Assembly (NCBI GenBank): GCA_047967505.1
Contig: CM106538.1
Origin: Dipteris shenzhenensis
Taxonomy: Eukaryota
Strand: one strand, 5' to 3'
DNA: 64,000 nucleotides
Part shown: positions 52,406-62,130 of the stretch, piece after piece
How positions within the stretch are numbered: the stretch's first letter is position 1
Layout of the letters: each line of letters begins with the position of its first letter
Position numbers and translations under genes: made by a program
The notes under the pieces: generated by a model
Seen by the model: only the letters and a program-made list of their open reading frames with translations
What the model was told of the DNA's origin: nothing
Database searches by the model: none

Positions 52406-55272
52406 GTGTATAAGAGTATGTCAATGTTATGTATGTGTGCGGAGAGCTAGTAAGCCGATTTCTAGATTGTGTTGCTTTTGTATTATGTGCGACGAGGCAA
52501 CACAAATTTTTTATTAGTAGCGTTCAATAACTTTGGTACCACTTGCTCGATCTGTGGTAGTAAAAAAGAGCACAGGGCAAGATATTTTGTAGTTAGTGTA
52601 CTTAATGATGAAGAGAATTGACAGGGATCTGTTATCCTCAAAAGTATTTTACCCGAACCATGGATTGACTTTTAAGCTGAGATGTGACCCTTAATATATT
52701 CCACGTCTTCGTATTGCAGGCTCTTTGAATACTTTGTGGGGATTTTCGATCTCTTGATATTCGATGCACGTAGAGATGGTCAATTTGATTGTGGGATTGT
52801 GGACATAAAAGCTAACTCTATTGAGCTACAGCACACACCAAAGGTTGGTGTTTGTTTACCAAGCCTTAAAAATTTAATGCTTGTCACTTGGATATAGAAG
52901 CAGATGTTACTGGATAGGTTGCATGGTGTGTACTGCTTTCCTCAGTCAAACACTTTGAAGAACTACAGGCACTGCACATGTTTGTTCAATACATTCATAT
53001 GATTAACCTGATAACCGAGTTTATAGTCCCAAGGTTAAAGATGATAATTTATTTATGGATATAATCTGCAGACTGTGCATATAGATCCAATGTCTGGAGC
53101 ATCAACAACTCTTTTTGTCTTAACAGTAGACCGAGGTCTAACATGGGAGGTAAGAAATTGGTTTTGGTTGGTTTTTTCCTCAGTGCTGAGATATTGGAAT
53201 TCTATCATGGATGTCCATAGTTCTTGATATGATGTGATTAATCTGTACAGGCTGCTGCAAAAATTTTAGAGCAAAGTACAAAGGATGGAGAAAATGAGCC
53301 CAATAATGGATTTTATGAATCAAAACGAGAATGGCTTGGTAGAACACACTATTTGCTAGCGATCAAATGGTATGCATAAGTGTGGGTGGCTATGTTTCTT
53401 TGTCTTGCATTTGATTCCAGAGAATTTTTAGGTGGGACTACAGAATACTCCATAATGGGTTTGAGACAAGCTGCTTGAGGCTTGCTTATTACTTCGTTTC
53501 ATTTTTTTTATAGAGATATTTTCACTACTTTACCCGTGAAGAAATGTATGCATTATTCATGATCTTTGAGGGCTGGGGTCTCTTCACAAGTTGTGGCCTG
53601 CTGGTATTGTGATAATTCTTTCTATCTTAAATGGTGTGTTGCCCTATCAGCTAGATTTAGATGCTCGTTTAGGAGAGACTAAAATGAAATCGTTTAGAAT
53701 TCACAAGCAGTTGTAGCTTGAATGAAGAGATTTTGGACTACTTTTTGATCAACCTTCTCCTTTAGTGCTAGCTTTTGTCATGGCTGAGTCTGCCCTTCAC
53801 CTCCGGAGTGCCAACAGAAATTGAGTACGGAGACTTTGAATAAATGGATGCTCAAGTATGTGTGGGTGTGTGGATTTGTATGTGTGAGAGCATATTTTTA
53901 TACTATGGTCTATACCCACTGTTGGGCGCTGATGACGTCAGTGGGGATGTCATAGTAGCTAGTCCCTGCTATGCGTGATGGAGTTTATGGTTTTCAATCT
54001 TATGAGTGACTATATTGAGATTGAAACTGCACTATGTTGTGTTTTTAGAGGATGAGTTTGGGAATGTTCCTGGATTCATCTAGGTATATATGATCTTTGA
54101 GGGCTGGGGTCTCTTCACCTTTAATGCGAAGGGCTATTGTAGGTCTTGCGGAGCTGATGCCTCCATAACTGTCTGGTAATGGTGTCATGACTACATGCCC
54201 ACCTTCGATAGTTGAAGATGATGATTGTTGCCATTCCAGGGAGCACTGTTCATGAGGGCAGCCAGGTTGTATCCACTTTGTGGAGCTGATGGTCAGCAGG
54301 ACTTCCCTGTTGGTTACTTTATCTTATTCTGTACTTCACGCTGTTCTGCTGCTTAGTGCAAGGAAAAATGGTCTTTTGCTGGACCCAGAGGAAGTTTTCT
54401 TCCTTGTCTTAGTGTCTGCAATTTTAAGGCCTTTCTGCTGCTTTTCATCGAGTTCAAGGACTGGGGAAGGATCTCATGTTTATTCTGCTACAAGGTAGTG
54501 TCCTCCACAGTTCATCCTTATCCGATCAATATAAACTATTCATCATCTTCCAAGAGCCTTTAATGACTAGTAAGTTTGTAGTGAGATATTCAGATAGCCA
54601 AGAGGAATGTATGCAATAATTCATCAGTATACACCAGTAATATGCATTTGGTGTTGGTCAGCCAGTGCTTATAAGGAGTGGTGATGCAAAGTAGATCTTT
54701 CTCATGGTTGAGCCAAAGACTTGGAAGGACATAATTGCTATATCAGTTTGAATCCTGATTCCTGTTGGCCAGTAGATGAAAGGGGGAGGGGATAATGGGA
54801 GGTGAAGGGAAGCAGTATCGAATTGTGGGGAGGATGGCACCTTTTATGGAGGGGGTAGAAAGATTTGTGCTCAATTAGAGAGGTTGCAGTAAAGGGTAGA
54901 TGCTTGATATTTGTGTGCTGTATTGAAGGCAACCAGCAAAGACAGGTTTTCATGATATTCTTGTCAAGGTTTTTTGTTTTCATTTTGCAGGCCAAGCTCA
55001 GGTGCCCAAGCTTTTCGCATTTTTAGATCACCCAATGGGGAAGCTTTAAGGTCTGCAAAAAGTTTTGAATGTTCATTTGATGTTGCATGCCATGTGCAAA
55101 GTCTATAAACAGTAGGCTCATGTGAGCTCTCCACTAGCTTGAATTGTCATTACCATTGTAATATACCAGGGAAATGTCTGAAGTGGAGCTTCTTAGCAAG
55201 TATGCAAAAGTAACATCAATGGAGCTTGCTAAGGAAAGGTGGCAGGAGGAGTATAAACTTGCAGCCGATCAG
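4821..55272 (+). CDS. FGT1: FORGETTER1 / EMB1135-like Strawberry-notch (SBNO) protein, C-terminal helicase-like half; 11 exons in window, gene continues beyond both window edges
   Basis: Manually spliced exons 4821-4956, 5403-5509, 6464-6559, 6698-6785, 6900-7020, 37997-38123, 52720-52843, 53072-53149, 53251-53369, 54991-55050 and 55170-55272 join in frame without stops. They give [127 protein letters not shown], collinear with Arabidopsis FGT1 as I recall it. Confidence 0.95.
5403..5509 (+). CDS. FGT1: FGT1-like exon ([35 protein letters not shown])
   Basis: AG/GT flanks; conserved SBNO helicase-C motif [22 protein letters not shown]. Confidence 0.96.
6464..6559 (+). CDS. FGT1: FGT1-like exon ([31 protein letters not shown])
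   Basis: tttAG / GTGAG flanks; phase fits both neighbours. Confidence 0.96.
6698..6785 (+). CDS. FGT1: FGT1-like exon ([29 protein letters not shown])
   Basis: cAG / GTCAG flanks; homologous to FGT1. Confidence 0.94.
6900..7020 (+). CDS. FGT1: FGT1-like exon ([10 protein letters not shown]...[16 protein letters not shown])
   Basis: gcacAG / GTATA flanks; homologous PVLPPG..ARAAL.AVGI.RD. Confidence 0.93.
7885..12721 (+). mobile_element. Ty1/Copia element with intact ends, gag-protease largely deleted, pol with stops and frameshifts
   Basis: 264-bp LTRs 7885-8148 and 12458-12721 (3 differences by eye), TSD TGGAA, PBS 8150-8161, PPT GGAGGGGGG before the 3' LTR; integrase (HSDVCGP, TPQQN), RT (LYVDDML), RNase H (DSDWAG, RTKHIEV). 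Confidence 0.95.
9209..9340 (+). repeat. Minisatellite, 5 copies of a 24-33 nt unit (core AGCAGCTGCAATTCCTC)
   Basis: Directly visible tandem repeat at the gag deletion junction. Confidence 0.9.
12882..16189 (+). mobile_element. Truncated Ty3/Gypsy element: partial LTR (12882-about 13363), gag fragment, complete 1.5-kb LTR (14674-16189)
   Basis: Both LTRs start TGTCACGGGGGCGTGAAATTCTAATT; element ends ..GTTTCA; TSD AGATC at 12877-12881 and 16190-16194; gag-like [24 protein letters not shown] resembles the gag at about 57.7 kb. Confidence 0.85.
18657..21026 (+). mobile_element. Non-autonomous, non-coding LTR retrotransposon (TRIM/LARD-like, 2.37 kb)
   Basis: LTRs 18657-18958 and 20708-21026 (TGTTG..CAACA; about 5 substitutions and 2 indels), TSD TTTCA, PBS 18961-18972, PPT about 20697-20705; no recognisable gag/pol. 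Confidence 0.93.
19069..19265 (+). pseudogene. rrn16: Plastid-derived 16S rRNA fragment (NUPT, about 200 bp, V2-V3 flank region)
   Basis: GATTAGCTAGTTGGTGAGG..GAGAGGATGATCAGCCACACTGGGA..ACTCCTACGGGAGGCAGCAGTGG..TTCCGCAATGGGCGAAAGCCTGACGGAGCAATGCCGCGTGGAGG. The TTCCGCAATGGGCGAAAGCCTGACGGAGCAA and GAATCCGCCC..GGGGCT.GCGTCTGATTAG segments are plastid/cyanobacterial-type. Confidence 0.93.
23283..23708. repeat. 212-bp tandem duplication in the Copia leader
   Basis: Two apparently identical adjacent copies starting at 23283 and 23495. Confidence 0.9.
23760..28432 (+). mobile_element. L1-type LINE with 5' UTR, ORF1 (about 24431-25984, CCHC knuckle) and ORF2 (25981-28332; APE endonuclease, partial RT, in-frame internal deletion)
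   Basis: C-rich 5' [76 protein letters not shown]; 3' motif CTTACTTAATAGAAGTC. Several stops and frameshifts; 5' boundary approximate. Confidence 0.92.
23770..24365 (+). repeat. Pyrimidine-rich tandem repeats (TCCGCCCCCTCCCCCTGCTG-like) of the LINE 5' UTR
   Basis: Directly visible ~20-nt units and an almost pure C/T tract. Confidence 0.85.
29900..33080 (+). mobile_element. Highly degenerate Ty1/Copia remnant (gag, protease, integrase) with 131-bp and about 318-bp tandem duplications
   Basis: WWLDS (protease), [24 protein letters not shown]; duplicated blocks at about 29927/30058 and about 30184/30502. Boundaries approximate. Confidence 0.7.
31298..31881 (+). mobile_element. Short 5'-truncated LINE 3' end
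   Basis: Near-identical to 27916-28432 and 45153-45710; poly(A); 15-bp TSD AAAATGAGTCCCAAG (31283-31297 and 31882-31896). Confidence 0.95.
33158..33660 (-). mobile_element. Diverged LINE 3' fragment
   Basis: [24 protein letters not shown] and the TACTTAATAGAAGTC terminal motif on the minus strand. Confidence 0.8.
33760..34300 (-). mobile_element. Degenerate Gypsy-type integrase C-terminal fragment
   Basis: Broken frames give GP..VVKI...[18 protein letters not shown], resembling the Gypsy integrase tail. Confidence 0.45.
34330..36144 (-). mobile_element. hAT DNA transposon remnant (BED finger + DUF659-type transposase), one terminus
   Basis: [20 protein letters not shown] (BED); [45 protein letters not shown]; candidate TIR CAGTGTGACC ending at 36144 with AAACG-like subterminal motifs; other end not found. 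Confidence 0.85.
37997..38123 (+). CDS. FGT1: FGT1-like isolated exon ([41 protein letters not shown])
   Basis: ccAG / GTACT flanks; phase-1 start and phase-2 end fit the exons 31 kb upstream and 14.6 kb downstream; SBNO motif FLNRILGL. Confidence 0.92.
39150..39400 (+). mobile_element. Gypsy reverse transcriptase fragment
   Basis: [42 protein letters not shown]. Confidence 0.8.
39470..42400 (+). mobile_element. Degenerate LINE remnant(s) (ORF1-like and ORF2 C-terminal pieces), with a gag-type CCHC fragment near 40.7 kb
   Basis: [10 protein letters not shown] and HLARDC resemble ORF1 at 24.6-25.1 kb; [17 protein letters not shown] resembles the ORF2 tail; [14 protein letters not shown] at about 40705-40750. 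Confidence 0.55.
42490..43260 (-). mobile_element. Probable fragment of a different LINE (EN-RT linker)
   Basis: [22 protein letters not shown] resembles a non-LTR linker; weak. Confidence 0.4.
45153..51819 (-). mobile_element. L1-type LINE, 5'-truncated within ORF1, same family as 23760-28432, interrupted by a Copia remnant
   Basis: ORF2 start 51663 ([11 protein letters not shown]), [10 protein letters not shown] and ELADD, zf-RVT, stop at 45263, poly(A) seen as a T-run at about 45154-45164. Confidence 0.92.
47984..50606 (-). mobile_element. Ty1/Copia 3' half (integrase, RT, partial RNase H, 201-bp 3' LTR 47984-48184)
   Basis: [69 protein letters not shown] before TGTTGG. The 5' half was deleted together with about 530 bp of the host LINE. 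Confidence 0.92.
52247..52400. repeat. Compound microsatellite (TA)n(GA)n(G)n, with the (TA)n(GA)n block occurring twice
   Basis: Directly visible. Confidence 0.9.
52720..52843 (+). CDS. FGT1: FGT1-like exon ([41 protein letters not shown])
   Basis: ttgcAG / GTTGG flanks; in frame. Confidence 0.93.
53072..53149 (+). CDS. FGT1: FGT1-like exon ([26 protein letters not shown])
   Basis: tgcAG / GTAAG flanks; DRG.TWE motif. Confidence 0.94.
53251..53369 (+). CDS. FGT1: FGT1-like exon (AAAKILEQ...[20 protein letters not shown])
   Basis: tacAG / GTATG flanks; [11 protein letters not shown] motif. Confidence 0.93.
54991..55050 (+). CDS. FGT1: FGT1-like exon ([19 protein letters not shown])
   Basis: Strong T-rich tttgcAG acceptor, GT donor; phases fit. 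Confidence 0.85.
55170..55272 (+). CDS. FGT1: FGT1-like exon ([34 protein letters not shown])
   Basis: ccAG / GTATG flanks; matches the EMS..EL..KY.K...W..EY region. Confidence 0.9.
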
Positions 55273-55801
55273 GTATGCCCATTCAAAACTGTGCATCCAT
55301 TATTGTAATATGAAAAGATTAGTTACGTTGTTTATATATATGCCTTCTGGTTCTGCAATCCATCTGTTTGTACTCTTCGGTAGTCTTATCTCCTGCAGGC
55401 AAGTCTTTCATGCTGCCTAGTGGCTGCTTAGTGGAGCCAATTACATGTTTAGTGGAGCCAATTACTACATGCTAGCATATCAAGTAGAATGTAGAGAGAT
55501 GATTGGAAGACAGTTTTAAAACTTGTATATTTATGAGCCTTCTTCAACTAGTGCGGCATGGTTGGCCAAATTGGTCTCTTGGTTCACGAGGAGATGAACA
55601 TCCTGGCGATCTCATTATATTGTGTTGTTACCTCTTATTGATTATTGTTAGCTAACAAGCTTCTGGGAAGAACTTTATTAGATCCTGGTCCAGTTAGGGG
55701 TCATCTGGCTTTGGACTGCTACTTCACCCTGAGTTCTGAAGGACTTCACTAAATTCGTCAGGCCAATCATTGATGGTCAAGTGAATTGAGGATTAAATAT
55801 A

Positions 55802-58800
55802 TGTATCAACCTAAATTAGTAGGCGTTAGGGTGTGTTAAAAGGCAAGGGATTAACAAGGAGATTAGCTAGTGAGCACCTTTCACCATTTGGGACTTCTCC
55901 TAAGAAAACAAAGAGTAATCTTTATTAGAATTGACTTCGGTCAAAGAATGGTGAAGTTGGTTAACTAGGAATAAGTTTTATTGTTTTACTTTTGCCTTGC
56001 ATTTGTAAAAAGAGAACTGTGGGGACGCCCACAAGAGACTAGATATAGTCAAAGAACTAGGAATGCATGCATTTCGCTAACCTCTAATGGGTTAAAGTGT
56101 TAGAATTTGTTTGTGCGATGTGTAGGACCCAAGAGAGTGCGAAAAGGACCAAAGATTGGGGAGAAAAGCACAAAAAGTAGGTCCCACAAGGCTCTTAAGC
56201 AAGGGCAAGGGGGCACCTCTTTAAAAGAGGGCCCACAAGACTAAAAAGGCACCTAAAGCCTCCAATTTAGGAAGAAAATCCTGAAAGCTTAGCTTTTATG
56301 AAAAAGTAGCTTTTAGAAAGCAAGCCCTAGTTTTTTGCTAGGCCTAGTCTATAAAAGAAAGGCCTCTGGCCTCCCAGATGTATTCAGAATTGTACTCAGC
56401 TCTATGCTCTTTCAAGAGCCAGAATGTATAAAGATTATTGTATAGCAATAAAGACCTTCGGGGGGTCCAGCCCTTATTTCTTGACCCTAGTGCTTTGTTT
56501 TGCTCCTTACCCTTCTCTCCCAGCACTCTAATTGGCAATTCAACTTCCACAACTCCAACACGTATCTTGAGAAGTGTACCGATTTTCCAGTGCCAAGTTA
56601 CAGTGGTATCAGAGCGTGGTTTTGCTACTTTTCTTGGTAGCAACGGTTCATAGACCTCAGTAAAGACGTCCGACAGGTGCATATCGGGAGACATTGAAAA
56701 TCGCACTGGTTTGCAGGCGTAAATCGAAGATCGCGTGGACGAAACATCTGCACACAGCAGACGGAGCGGGCGGAAGAAATACATCCGCGGCGGATGGAGC
56801 GGACGGAATACATTCGCGCAAGCGTAGGCGACTAGAACATCATCTTCTGCAGGCGGACGGAACATCATTCCGCAGGCGCTCAGGCGAACGGAACCGCTGA
56901 CGGACGGAACATCATCCGTAGGTGGACTAACGGACCAGTGGAACTTAGAGCAAGCTTGGAGACGTGGGGTTTGCATAAACATGCATATAATATTTTATAT
57001 TTTGGCCCATATGCCGGACTAGTGGTTCAACCATACAACCAAGAGCCATGCCCTCCCATACTTCATCGCGCATTGGGTTGGCTCCCGTCTTCACCGTAAG
57101 CATTTCCCTCCTTGAAAGGACTAGGGGCTTTGCAGTGGATTGCTTTAGGTCCAGTTAAGTTGATTCAGTGGGTTCAATTCTCCATCTCCCACATCATGGT
57201 TTCGGAGCACGGGGGTTCAGCTACCAAAAGGCCCAGTTCAGGCTCTAGACGATCCAGTAAGAAGCATTCTAAGGGATCTGAAGGCAACCTTAGTGAAGGA
57301 TTTGTGAAAGCAAAGATCAAGGAGCGGCAGCTTCAGTCTCTGAAGCAAAAGCCTCGATTTCAGCATCTATTCGAGGAAATGATGACCAAGCAAGTTTCAA
57401 CATTGCCAAAAGAAAAGGGAGATCAAGAGCTTTCTCTCACCCCTCTATCAAAAGACCTCTCTAAGCATTCACATACTTCAAGGAAGTGTTCCTAGAGTCT
57501 TACATTGCACCAGGAGCATCATACTTCAAGAAAAAGAGGGAGGAGCTCAAAGCCTTACGGGAGACAAAGTTGAAAGCATGGAAGGAGATCTCCCGGTTCA
57601 AGCCCATCCTCTTCTAGTTCTTCTTCCTCCTCTTCTTCCTCTTCCTCATCTTCTTCTGTATCTCGGGGACGCTCTCGCCATAAGCGCAAGAGAAGGAGAT
57701 CCAGATCTCGAAGCAGAGACTTCAAGGAAGGTGGTAAGTCGGTCAAGTTCACTACTTTTAATGGAAAGTATGGAGCCACTCAAAATGCTTTGCAGTTCAT
57801 TCGTTAGTTTGATATAGCCTTCAAAACAGGGCACTATCGTGAGAAGTCCAAGTTAAAGATTGTAAGTCTTCACCTGACAAACAGTGCCGTGCTTGGTGGG
57901 GAGCTCTTCTAGTTGCAGAAGAGGCTCCAAAGACATGAAAAGACTTTAAGAAGCAATTTGATGAGCAGTTTTTGCCCAAGAATTTCTTTGATGATGTTCA
58001 TGCAGCCTGGAAAGTATGTGCATGGAAGCCTTTGACACCATCGAGACATATAGTCAAAAGTTTTGGACAACTTATTTGCAGATTACACCCTTCAAAGAAA
58101 TTTCAGAAAAGACGAAGCTTCAGAAGTATTGAGCATGATTGCTTCCCAACATATGAACTCAAGTAAACATTGATTCAAAGAAAACGAAGCTTTGAGATTT
58201 GATGCATTCAGCTTCCGTGGTTGAACTGTTAAAGGAAGATCTCCTTCACACTATGGAAGAAAAAGGGAAGGGTGTGGATACTAGCAAGAGGGTTGTGGCA
58301 CCAACCCAAGGCTCAAAGAGATTTCAGCCTCAGAAGCCGAGGGGCCCATTCAAGCCCTTCAAAGGAAAGTCAAAGTTTACTCCAGAATAGATTGAAACCT
58401 TCTGAAAGGAGGGTAAGTGTTTCCATTGTGGAAAAAAAGGACAGATGGCTGCCCAGTGCCCCAAAAGGCCTGCGGGCCCAAGGGAGCATAAAACACCAAG
58501 AGAACCGCTAAATCTTGTTGCGGGAGGAGTCCCAGATATGTTGGACAGAACCATAGAACCAGGAAATCGAGAACTTTGCCTCGCGTGGGGTAAAATAAGA
58601 GATCAAAATGCCTTAATTCTTTTTGAACCACGAGCTACCGATAATTTCATTTTAGAAGACCTAGCTTTGAGGCTAGGAATTAAGACGGAAGAATTAGGAT
58701 TGTCTTTGGATGTTGAGCATGTTTTTGAAGGGGATCCAGTCAAAGTCACACCTTTGATTGGAAAGCTCAGAATTCATGTATATGACTATGTAGACCATAA

Positions 58801-61800
58801 AGAGTATTATGTTTCACCACTCAAACATGATGCTATTTTGGGTATGCCATGATTCCATAGAAAGGAGGTAGCTCTTGATTCTAAAGCAAGAACCCTCAGT
58901 TTTGTGCATTGGAATTGTAGGCTCACGGAAGCAAAAGGATGCACAAGAGTGGAGCAAGAAGTGGTAGCCGTCACATCAACTAGTAGACTGAAAATGAAAG
59001 CACAAAGTTCTATAAAAGAGGACCCTAGGACCTTGTGTCCTAGTGGTATACCCAACAATATCTTGTGAAGTCATCAATTAAAGTCATGAAATATTTGTAC
59101 CCCCCAATGGCATTTGTCCTCATTGGGCCACAGACATCACTGTGCACTAGCTGCAATTTCCTTTGTGAGAGTTTTGGACAATTCTTTTGAAAAGGAAACC
59201 AATGCATCTTACCCAAAAGACAACCCTCACACACATGTTTGAAAACTGTGTGAGTTTGAGGTACATCATTTGCCATGCCCTGTGAATGTAACTTGGCAAG
59301 AGCTCTATAATTGAGATGACCCATTCTCTCATGCCAAAGATGAGTATCAGCAAGCTGTGAATTTGAAATAGCAAATGCTTCAATAGAAAGTGCAGTTGAG
59401 TGATGATCAAGGTGATAAAGCCCCTTTTGCAAAGTGCCAGTGAGAACTATGGCATTGTCATCACGAAGATCATATACTAAGCATCTGTATCCATCAAATA
59501 TCACTTTGAAACCTGAAGTGGCAATTGCTGAAATTGAAATCAAAGGTGACTTCAATTCCAGGCGCAAAAGGAACATTTGTCAAAGTGATAGGATGGCTTG
59601 AAATGGATGTGAGCTGCACATCTCCAATTCCTTTTACAGCATAGGAAGCATTATTAACACATGTGACAGTCCCCCCTCGAGGTGCATTACTTAAGGAATG
59701 AAACAACTGCCTGCAAGATGTGACGTGCTTGGAAGCACCACTATCAAAATACCAGCAATAAAGAATGCATCAACTTTGGAGGGATCAAAGGAGCAATGGA
59801 CAGCCCATGCCGAATCATCATGGAGAGCATGTGCATGTGAGGCATCTGCTGGCTTGTGGGATTCAATTGCATGTGAGGCATTGACTGTCAATCCTGCTTT
59901 CTTTTTCTTCGAAGCAATGTGCTTCCTGCATTCTGAAATCTCATGCCCTGGGTTGCGACAATAGTTGCATCTTTTCTTCTTTGACTTATTTGCTGTATTT
60001 TGAGATGCATTGGAGGAATTGCCAGCATTAGGCGCATATTTAGGCTTGCCCATAGGCTTGGAAGCCTTGCCTTTCCCTGTCTGCTGTGAAGCAAATGCAT
60101 GATCAGGAATAGTAGCTTGCCTGTTAGCACGACTTTGCTCTTCCTGCAAAAGCAAAGTGACTAATCGATCAAAGGAGTAGTGGTCTTGATTACCCATGGC
60201 CACTAGTCGAAGGGTTGTAGCAAACCCTTGATATGTATCTGGCAGCCCATTCAATGTGCTACTGACAAGCTGTGAATTTGGCACCACCTCATCAATATTG
60301 GCAAGTTGTTCCATGAGGTCCTTGACCTTTGTCAAGTATGCATCTATAGAGTCACCTTCATTCATGGTGACTTCCTACAATTGCCTTCCTAAATATGCAA
60401 CACATGCCTCATTGCGAATCTGATAAAGAGAAGCCAATTTGTCCCAAGCATCCTTTGCTGTCCTGCATGGCCGGATGTGTGGAATAATGATTCTCTTGCA
60501 TGATAAAGCAATACAGGAATGTGCATTTGCATCTCTTGCATCCCATCTTATTTGTTCCTAAGTTGGAGGAGCAGCAACAGGGGTGCTAGAGGATAAAGCA
60601 TCAGGAGGAGTACCCTCTGCAGAGGGACCAGCAGTAGGGGCAGCCACTGTAGCATTGGCTGTGGCCTCAAATCAACCCTAGAAACAATGTTCTAAAAAGC
60701 CTTGCAACAAGAATATGTTTCATGAGACATCGGATAGTTGGTGCCATCCAACTTATCATCTTCACGAAGACTGCCAAATAAATCATGATTGTTGCCAACC
60801 ATTGCAAATGGCACAAGTCAAAAAGCACTGACAAAGTGACCCAAAAGATAGCCTCAAGGTTTGCAACTGCAAAAAATAAGACTTGTTGTCCAAATCTGAA
60901 AAAGCTCCAAAATAAGCTGTTATTTGCAAATGTGATCAAATGGCTTGCAATTTCTTGCCAAATTCACAATGGCATGCCTAGGGATTGACTAGTATTGGTG
61001 AGATTGGTTGACGGGAGATATGGAGAAGACTATCACACATATGTATGGACCTCTCCTATAGGCTGCTACCACTAAACTTAAGCTTATGAGAGCCATCCCT
61101 TAGTCATGGGAGAGATTCTCACTGAGCCTCTGGAGAGATTCAATTGGTCTAGATGCTTCAATGAGCTTGGCATATGTTTGGGTTTGAGAGTGGGGCCAAC
61201 ACCTTTCTTATATTATTTTGCAGATACTTCTTACAATCATACACCTATAATCAGTTGGTCTTGATGCTTTTTTTTTTTGCAAAGCAAATTTGAAAGTATG
61301 GTGCAATCTGCCTGCAAAATCATAGCCCGAATGCAAAAGCCCGAACTGTATGGACGTCGAAGTATGAAAATGTACGAAAATAACAAATTGTACAGAAATC
61401 TGTAAAACTGTATAGACAATACGAAAATCTGTACACTTGTATGGACAGGTTTTGAAGCGTTGTACAAACGGCCGTACGGAAATCCGTACAATTGTACGGA
61501 ATCGTACGGACAGCAGGTCGCGGGGTCGCGTCGGAGCTATGTAGGACGTCTGGTAGCTGAGCTTGATGATGGAGCTGAAGTGCGGGAGCTGGAGCTGGAA
61601 GTAGGAAGCTAGGAGAAGGGAGCAAGTTCGGGAAGGAACTGCTCTGATACCACTGTAGGCTCACGGAAGCAAAAGGATGCACAAGAGTGGAGCAAGAAGT
61701 GGAAGCCGTCACATCAACTAGTAGACTGAAAATGAAAGTACAAAGTACTATACAAGAGAACCCTAGGACCTAGTGTCCTAGTGGTACCACTAGTACTAGG

Positions 61801-62130
61801 TGTCATAAGACACTAAAAGTACTAGGTGACCTAAGTCAAGAATAGGTTTTCAATCCCTCGCATAGATGATATTTTGTTCACATTGAAAGGGGCCACTATT
61901 TTCAGCCGTATTGATTTAAAAAGTGGATATCATCAGATAAGGATCCACCCACAAGATGTCCATAAGACAGCTTTTCGAACCACTTTTGGACTTTATGAGT
62001 TTTTGGTGATGCCTTTTGGGCTTACCAATGCACCAATCGTATGATGGACATAATTTTCAGATCCTACAGCACTTTCTTTGATGATATTTTGGTCTTTTCT
62101 AAGACAGAAGAAGAGCACAAAGAGCACTTC
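55802..62130 (+). mobile_element. Gypsy element 5' half (LTR about 55802-56602, PBS 56604-56615, gag, protease, RT fragment 61846-62130), interrupted by a Copia
   Basis: LTR end GTTACA + [84 protein letters not shown] start approximate. Confidence 0.85.
58916..61845 (-). mobile_element. Ty1/Copia remnant (partial LTRs 61654-about 61845 and 58916-about 59046, PBS 61641-61652, gag, protease, N-terminal integrase)
   Basis: Repeated LTR end TGTAGGCTCACGGAAGC at 58916 and 61654; gag MNEGDSIDAYL..CNYCRNPGHEISEC; integrase near-identical to 9360-9865; RT and RNase H deleted. Confidence 0.9.

Noticed and set aside
60960-61280. Unassigned segment with a T-run inside the Copia leader, possibly a captured fragment
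   Set aside because: No recognisable coding motif or TSD; cannot be supported without a database search.
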